Shown here: piece by piece, positions 56,423 to 64,000 of the stretch
Numbering within the stretch: the first letter of the stretch is position 1
Layout: every line of letters starts with the position of its first letter
Source of the DNA: the human T2T-CHM13v2.0 reference genome, Homo sapiens
DNA: 64,000 bases
Assembly: GCF_009914755.1 (NCBI RefSeq)
Contig: NC_060930.1
Reading direction: 5' to 3' (one strand)
The notes under the pieces: model-generated
What the model saw: only the letters and a program-made list of their open reading frames with translations
Databases searched by the model: none
What the model was told of the DNA's origin: nothing
Position numbers and translations under genes: made by a program

Positions 56423-57260
56423 AAAACACATTAAAAACTGAAACGTAAGACCTGAAACTGTGATATGCTTACAAGAAAACAGTGAAAATACTTCATGAGT
56501 TTGGTCTTGGCAATGATTTTATCAATATGACACCAAAAGCACAGGCAACAAAAATGAAAATAAACAAGTGGGACTACATCAAACTACAAAGTCTTTGCAT
56601 TGCAAAGGACATAAGCCACAGAATTTGAAAAGGCAGCCTCTGAAATGGGAGAAAATATTTACAAACCAAATATCTGATAATAAAAATATTTCCAAAATAT
56701 ATAAGGAATTCCTACAAGTCAATAAGATAAAATAACCCAATAAAAATGGACTTGAACAGGCATTTCTTTAAAAAACATACAAATGGTCAACAGGTATATT
56801 TAAAAAATGCACAATGTCATTAATCATCAGATAAATGCAAATCAAAACTACAATATATCATCTTATAGCTGACAGGATAAATAGACACTATCAAAAAACA
56901 AAAGACAAAAAGTGTATTCAAGAATATGGAGAAATTGAAACCTTTCACGCTGTTGGAGGAATTGCAAAATGGTTCAGCTGCTATGAAAATAGCATGGAGG
57001 TTTCTCAAAAAAATAAAAATAGAACTACCATATGTTCCCACTTTTGAGTATTTATCCAAAAGAGTTGAAAATGGATCTCAAAGCAATATTAGAATTCTTA
57101 TGTTTGTTGGAGCACTATTCACAATAGCTAAAATGTGGAAATAATCTAAATGTCTATCAGCAGATGATGGATAAAGAAAACAAAATGTTATTTATTCTGC
57201 TTAAAAAATGAAGGAAATTCTGCAATATGAAACAAAACAGATGAAGCTTAAAGAAATCAT
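56423..57260 (+). mobile_element. L1MA/MB ORF2 3' part; preceded by antisense L1 piece 56290-56422 and continues at 59450-59730
   Basis: caccaaaagcacaggcaacaaaa, tgggactacatcaaact; ALFTIAKMWK motif in ORF 56926-57144. Confidence 0.88.
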
Positions 57261-57261
57261 T

Positions 57262-59447
57262 CTTTTTTATTATTATTATACTTTAAGTTCTGGGATACAC
57301 CTGCAGAACGTGCAGTTTTGTTACATAAGTATACACGTGCTATGGTGGTTTGCTGCACCCATCAACCAGTCATCTACATTAGATATTTCCCCTAATACTA
57401 TCCCTCCCCTAACCCCCCACCCCCCAACAGGCCCCGGTGTGTGATGTTCCCTTCCCTGTGCCCATGTGGTTCTCATTGTTCAACTCCCACTTATGAGTGA
57501 GAACATGAGGTGTTTGGTTTTCTGTTCTTGTGTTAGTTTGCTGAGAATGATGGTTTCTAGCTTCATCCATGTCCCTACAAAGGACATGAATTGATCCTTT
57601 TTTATGGCTGCATAGTATTCCATGGTGTATATGTGCCACATTTTCTTTATCCAGTCTATCATTGATGGGCATTTGGATTGGTTCCAAGTCTTTGCTATTG
57701 TGAATAGTGCCACAATAAACATACATATGCATGTGTAGAACAATTTATAATCCTTTGGGTATATACCCAGTAATGGGATTGCTGGGTCAAATGGTATTTC
57801 TAGTTCTAGATCCTTGAGGAATCACCACACGGTCTTCCACAACGTTTGAACTAATTTACCCTCCCACCAACAGTGTAAAGCATTCCTATTTCTCCACATC
57901 CTCTCCAGCATCTGTGGTTTCCTAACTTTTTAATGATCACCATTCTAACTGGCATGAGATGGTATCTAATTGTGGTTTTGATTTGAATTTCTCTAAAGAC
58001 CAGTGATGATGAGCTTTTTTGCATATGTTTGTTGACTGCATAAATGTCTTCTTTTGAGAAGTGTCTGTTCATATCCTTTGCCCCCTTTTTGATAGGGTTG
58101 TTTTTGTTTTTTTCTTGTAAATTTGTTTAAGTTCTTTGTAGATTCTATATATTAGCCCTTTTAGATAGATTGCAAAAATGTTCTCCCATTCTGTAGGTTG
58201 CCTGTTCACTCTGATCATAGGTTATTTTGCTGCCCAGAAGTGCTTTAGTTTAATTAGATCCCGTTTGTCAATTTTGGCTTTTGTTACCATTGATTTTGGT
58301 GTTTTACTCATGAAGCCTTTGCCCATGCCTATGTCCTTATTGCCTAGGTTTTCTTCTAGGGTTTTGATGGTTTAAGTCTTTAATCCATCTTGAGTTAATT
58401 TTTCTATAAGGTATAAGGAAGGGGTTCAGTTCCACTTTTCAGCATATGGCTAGCCAGTTTTCCCAACACCATTTATTAAATAGGGAATTCTTTCCCCATT
58501 GCTTGTTTTTGTCAGGTTTTTCAAAGATCACATAGTTATAGATGTGTGGTGTCATTTCTGAGGCCTCTGTTCTGTTCCATTGTTCTCTATATCTGTTTTG
58601 ATACTAGTACCATGCTGTTTTGGCTACTGTAGCCTTGTAGTATGGTTTGAAGTCAAGTAACGTGATGCCTCCGGCTTTGTGCCTTTTGCTTAGGATTGTC
58701 TTGGCTATGTGGGCTTCTTTTTAGTTCCATATAAAATTTAAAGTAGTTTTTTTTTTCAATTCTGTGAAGAAAGGCAATGGTAGCTTGATTGGTATAGCAT
58801 TGAATCTGTAAATTACTTTGGGCGGTATGGCCATTTTCATGATATTGATTCTTCCTATCCATGAGCATGGATGTTTTTCCATTTGTTTGTGTCCTCTCTT
58901 ATTTCCTTGAGCAGTGGTTTGTAGTTCTCCTTGAAGAGTTCCTTCACATCCCTTGTAAGTTCTATTCCTAGGTATTTTATTCTCTTTGTAGCAATTGTGA
59001 ATGGGAGTTCACTCATGATTTTGCTGTTTGTCTGTTACTGGTGGATAGGAATGCGTGTGATTTTTGCACATTGATTTTGTATCTTGACACTTTGCTGAAG
59101 TTGTTTATCTGCTTAAGAAGATTTTGGGCTGAGACTACGGGGTTTTCCAAATAAGCAAACATGTCATCTGCAAACAGAGACAATTTGACTTCCTCTTTTC
59201 CTAACTGAATACCCTTTCTTTCTTTCTCTCACCTGACTGCCGTGGCCAGAACTTCCAATAGTATGTTCAATGGTAGTGAGAGAGGGTATCCTGGTCTTGA
59301 GCTGGTTTTCAAAGGGAACGCTTCCAGTTTTTGCCTATTCAGCATGATATAGGCTGTGTATTTGTCATAAATAGCTCTTAGTATTTTGAGATATGTTCCA
59401 TCAATGCCTAGTTTATTGAGAGTTTTTAACATGAAGGGGGTGTTGAA
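57262..59447 (-). mobile_element. 5'-truncated L1PA7/8-like, about 2.2 kb
   Basis: Antisense 3'UTR (ttaagttctgggatacac) and ORF2 fragments ([33 protein letters not shown]). Confidence 0.95.
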
Positions 59448-59449
59448 AG

Positions 59450-59730
59450 CCATCTGTGGAAAGTCAAATACTGCATAAGTCCAGTCATACCAGGTCTCTA
59501 AAATAGTCAAATGGATAGAATCAATGAGTGGAATGGTAGTAACCAGAGGCTGAGAGGAGGGGGAAATGAGGATCACTACTCAATCAGCATAAAATTTATA
59601 TGAAGCAAAATAAATAAACTTTACAGGTCTGCTGTGCGACATTGTACTTATAGTCAACAATTAGTTATTGTACACTTAGAAATTTTTGAAGAGGGTTGGT
59701 CTCATATTAAATGTTTTTAACATAATAAAT
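59450..59730 (+). mobile_element. L1MA/MB 3'UTR (continuation of 56423-57260)
   Basis: gaatggtagtaaccagaggctg ... ttgtacttatagtcaacaat ... tgtacacttagaaattt. Confidence 0.8.
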
Positions 59731-60619
59731 ATAAATCTCTCACTGTCTCTCTCTATATATATATAATTCTGATGATAATGACATTGAACATTTATTTCAT
59801 ATACCTGTTGCCCATTTGTTTTTGTTATTTTTAAGATATGCCTATTTGAGCCTGTCTCTCTATTTCTCTCTCTTTCAGAGAGCGAAAATGGTACAATAAA
59901 GGTAATAAAATTCATTCCTTATGCTTATATAGGGATGTAAAACAAATTAGGAAAATTCATCTAGAACAAGGAACAGCATACTTTTTCTGTTTAGGCCTAG
60001 ATATTAAAAGTTTTCAGTTTTGTTATAGTGAAAAAGAGTTTTCTAAAAGGACAAAATGAAGGTAGACTATGAAGAGTGTTTTGGGGGGCTCCCCTTAAAA
60101 TCCTGCTGTGGAGGTTTAGTAGTTCCTTTGGGAATTAATCCCAAGAAGCTAAAGTAAGAGACCTAGAAGAGTGAGTCAGGGGAGGATGAAAACACAATTC
60201 AAGAGTGCATTTTTATTTTTACTGCTGTGTGCAACAGAAGGGACTCTGCCAGACATCCTGAAATGTACAGTTGCTTTACAGAATTCTCTGCTTGAAAGGC
60301 TAATTAATCCTTTAGCTCCTACCTCCTGTTCATTGAGGGCACCCCAAGAACATTAACTCCAGTACTTCCGGGCTGAAGTGCATATGAGTTAAGGAGGCTC
60401 CTACGGCATTAGAGAAGGACGAGAGGCAGAAAAGTGTATCTGTGCCTCTGGTGTTGTGCTGTAAGTTTGAGATAAGCCTGACTTACATAGAGCAGTTCAT
60501 CATTGCTGCTACTGAAATAAGAGGTGAACCAAAGAAAATAAAGGAAATAAAGACTGCTATCATCTGCTGCTTACACAGATCAAATTTACAAATGGGGAAA
60601 CACTTACTGTACATTCTTT

Positions 60620-60855
60620 TTTCCCTGCTCAAATTTATTGAGGTATAATTGATATATAAAAATTGTATATATTTAAGGTGTACAATGTGATGTTTGGATA
60701 TATGTATACACTGAAATAATTAACAAAACCAAACTTGTTAACCTAATTAACCTATCACTTCATATAGTTTCTATTTTGTGTGTCTATTTGTGATGATATA
60801 ATCAAGGTTGACTTTCTTAGCAAGTTTCAATTACCTTACATTATTATTAACTGTT
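60620..60855 (-). mobile_element. L1MA 3' end fragment
   Basis: tttattgaggtataattgatatataaaaattgtatatatttaaggtgtacaatgtgatg. Confidence 0.8.
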
Positions 60856-60959
60856 CTTGAAGTGTCTTTGTCAGGTCCTCCATCAAGAATCTCCTTTTAG
60901 ATCAGCAAGACCTTGATCTAAAAATAGGCTCAGAATTGGAACTGGTGGGGAAATCACAA

Positions 60960-61690
60960 TATTGACACTATGGTATCTGACATCAATTAATTTTTGCCAA
61001 TATGATAGGTAAAAAGCAACAACAGTATTAGTTTTTTATTTTTTTCTCTTATGAGGAGAATCCAGAATATTTTCATAAGTTTAACAGTTAGTTGTGTATC
61101 TGTTTTTGTGAATTGTTTGTTCATGGCTTTTGCCCATTTTTCTATCAGGCTTTGAGAGTTATTTTTGCTATCAAATTATAAGAATTATTTTTAGGACGTG
61201 TGAATGGCTCATTCCTGTAATCCTAGAAATTTGAGTGGACCTGGGGAAGAGACCGCTTAGGTCCGGCAGTTTGAGACCAGCCTGGGCAACATGGTAAAAA
61301 CCTGTGTCTACAAAAGAATACAAAAACCAGATGGGCATGGTGATGCATGCCTATAATTCCAGCTATTCAGAAGGCTGAGGTGAGAGGATTGATTGAGACC
61401 AGGAAGCCGAAGCTTCAGTGATCCATGATAGTGCCACTGCACTCCAGCCTAGGTGACAAAGTAAGACCCTGTCTCAAATAAATAAATAAATAAGAATGAT
61501 TTGTATACTGGAGAGATTACCCTTTTGCACATAATCTGTATTGCAAATAGTCTCCCAGTTTGACACCTCTTTTTAAATATTGTTTATGGTGTTTGTTGCT
61601 ACCATACAAACTTTTTTTTTAAAAAAGTAATGTAATTTGATTTTGAATTTGAATTTTGAAGCACAGTTAAGTTTTTCCCAGGACACTTAA
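60960..61690 (-). mobile_element. Old L1ME-like ORF2 fragment interrupted by AluJ
   Basis: tttgtgaattgtttgttcatggcttttgcccattttt; ttgcaaatagtctcccagtttg. Confidence 0.65.
61194..61490 (+). mobile_element. AluJ
   Basis: Diverged dimeric Alu, (TAAA)n tail, TSD taagaat(t/g)attt. Confidence 0.9.
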
Positions 61691-61849
61691 TAGCACTTGT
61701 ATGTTTGACATGTCTTAAACTAAGAGCATTAAAATCTATTTTTAATATATTTTGTCAGTCTCTCTATGTATTTTCTGTAGCATCTGATTGTAAGAAATAT
61801 ATACATTTTTTAATATGGCCCAAAGATCTTCAAAATCATTTATACCACA

Positions 61850-62645
61850 TGAGAAATCTGACCTTTACTTTGTAAAGCATCTTTCTCTTCTTTCATTTCT
61901 TTTGGCTTCAATTCAATCTTGTATGCGACTAGGTTCACATTCAATGCTTTTTTACTGTCTCCACTTGCCATGCACACTCTTGCCTACAGAACATCTCTGA
62001 TCTGAATTTCTGTAATAGCATCCTGACTGGTCTTTTGTGAACACTGATTGTCCCCTAAACTTTGTTTTCAAAGCATCAGCTGGAGCAATCTTTGTAAAAG
62101 TTAAATCATAGTATGCCATTCCTCTCCTTAAAGGTTTGCAACAGCTTCTTGTGCCACTTGGAGTAAAACTCAAATTTCTTAAAGATGGCTTGAAATGTCC
62201 TAAGTGTTCTGGTCCCTCACTGCCTGTCTGGGATCCTCATCTACTCCTTGCTGTTCCTGATCCAACTACATCAGCGACCTTACTGATCTTTGGGATTCCC
62301 ACTCACATTCTCACCTCAGGGAATTTACACTAGCTATGCCCTTTAGTTACCACACCTCTCACATATCTGAATAGCTGATTCCCTCAGTATCTTCAGATCT
62401 TTGCTGAAATATAAAATTTAAATTCTTCCCTCATCACCTTTTTAAATATTACAACATGACCCTGATCCCTCTCACCCTGATCTACGTTTGCTAATTTATT
62501 ATGGTTATTGTTACTGTGCCTCTCCCTACTAGAATGAAGGCACCAGGAGGAGAGGGATCTCACACAATTTGTTCACTGACGTGTCCTAAGAACCTAGAAA
62601 GACACCAGAACATAGTTGGACTCTGAATAATATGTGCTACATGAA
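61850..62645 (+). mobile_element. L2a-like fragment
   Basis: tgtaatagcatcctgactggtc ... ctcacctcagggaatttacac ... gttcactgacgtgtcctaagaacctagaa; further L2 pieces extend to about 63380. Confidence 0.75.
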
Positions 62646-62952
62646 GGTCTTTTTCCCCCTCCTACTAATCTTGCATCATACAGATATATTCTTCTTAATA
62701 ATGCCAGTGATCTTTCAAAGCATCATAGAACCACACTATCTCCTTTATTTAAAACCTTTTAGTGACATCCCATCACCTTTAAAGTGAAACTAACTTCCCT
62801 AGCCTGAGGAGCAAGGCCCTTCATACTTTATACCCAGGCTCTCTAATCTTTCACAATTCCCATCTCACATTCTGAATTCTAGCCATGATAAATTGCTCGC
62901 ATTTTGCCAAATATGCTATGTTTTCTCACAACTCTCTGTCCCTGCCCTTAGG

Positions 62953-63094
62953 TAGGGTGGCTATATAATTTATCGTCTCAACCAGGATACTTCTGAGAGT
63001 TAAAGTGGGTGTTATTAATAATTGCACCAGAACATCAGGCACAAAGTAGGACGTTCTCAGACAAACAGGGATGAATGGTCAGGTATGTTACCCT
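62953..63094. mobile_element. MER94-like hAT-Blackjack MITE
   Basis: tagggtggctatataatttatcgtctcaaccaggatacttctgagag ... atgttaccct terminal inverted ends. Confidence 0.75.
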
Positions 63095-63374
63095 CAGGCT
63101 TTCTGCCTGAAATGTCCTTCCCAAGTTCTTCGCCTGATACTGGCAAAACATCTTTCATGTTTTCAGCTTCTATATCACATCCTTAAATAAGCCTTTTCAG
63201 ATCTCTGATTCACATCAGACATCCTTCATTCATACCTGATAATACCAATCACTTCTTTTACCATAATTACCATTTACTTATCTGGGGGCCCATACGAGTG
63301 TACATGTGCTTCTTAAAGGCAAGGAGCTTCAATCCCTGGCACTAGACACAGAGTATACCAAATAATAGATAATA

Positions 63375-63560
63375 TATTGTGAGAGTGTAAGGTTCGGAGT
63401 TGAGTTTATGGGCTGTGGTGCCAGACTAATGAGTTTAAATTTGGGATTTTCCGAATTTTAGCTGGGTGTCCTTGAGCAATTAAATAGTCTGCCCGTAGAA
63501 TGGTTGTGGAAACCAAATGAGATAATACCATAATGAATAAGCATAATGTAAGAACTCAGT
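63375..63560 (+). mobile_element. MIR
   Basis: gccagactaatgagtttaaat ... tagctgggtgtccttgagcaa ... aaatgagataat. Confidence 0.6.
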
Positions 63561-64000
63561 AAACCTTAAATACTTCAGCAGTAATTCAATAACAATTCAC
63601 TGAATAAATAACTTTTCTACCAAAAATATTAACCATATAAATATTATAATTAATATTCTCACTGGAATCTTAGATAGAACACCTATGCACATAATATTTC
63701 AACTGATCACTCCCTCAAGAAAACTGCTAGGAAGAACTAGCTCATACATTATAGTATTTTCTATTCATAGTGAGAAAGCTCATTCAAAGCATTAAATGAC
63801 TTGCACAGAAATTGAGAGAATTGGGAGTTAGTATCCAAATTAACTGTAACACAATCTTGTGTCTTCACCCTTCATCCATGTGCTCTCTCGGCCTAAAATA
63901 TTCCTCCCTTTTCCCCCAGCCAATCTTCACAATTTAGGATGAGATTTCACCTCATCCAGGAACTTTTTCTAGTTTTGCTCTTGCCTCCTCCCAGCCAGGC

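Noticed and set aside
57409-59576. L1 ORF2 peptide fragments as CDS
   Set aside because: 5'-truncated, frameshifted L1 relic
60065-60420. Possible old ERVL-type LTR fragment (LTR33/LTR16-like)
   Set aside because: Similarity too weak to call or bound by eye

Overview
AT-rich, CpG-poor primate genomic DNA, probably human given an AluYa5-type element and L1PA2-type elements. It looks intergenic or deep-intronic. I found no supportable protein-coding gene, RNA gene or CRISPR array; the listed ORFs are chance frames or come from Alu, L1, ERV or microsatellite sequence. Roughly half the window is transposon fossil: about 10 Alu/FLAM/FAM elements, young and old L1s, L2/MIR/CR1 relics, MaLR and MLT2A solo LTRs, DNA-transposon MITEs, and two degenerate ERVL proviruses (LTR16/ERV3-16A3-like) facing away from each other (about 10.5-16.8 kb on -, 27.7-33.2 kb on +). 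The main structure not explained by repeat families is a set of four high-identity local copies of nearby DNA (45-218 bp, two direct and two inverted, donors 0.2-3.3 kb away). They lack poly-A tails and TSDs and sit at fold-back hairpins or (TA)n tracts, which fits templated-insertion repair scars. There is also a ~110-bp L1 with a 5' inversion consistent with twin priming. Repeat subfamily names come from recalled consensus motifs, not a database search, and old-repeat boundaries are approximate. I see no evidence of a novel gene-encoded system.
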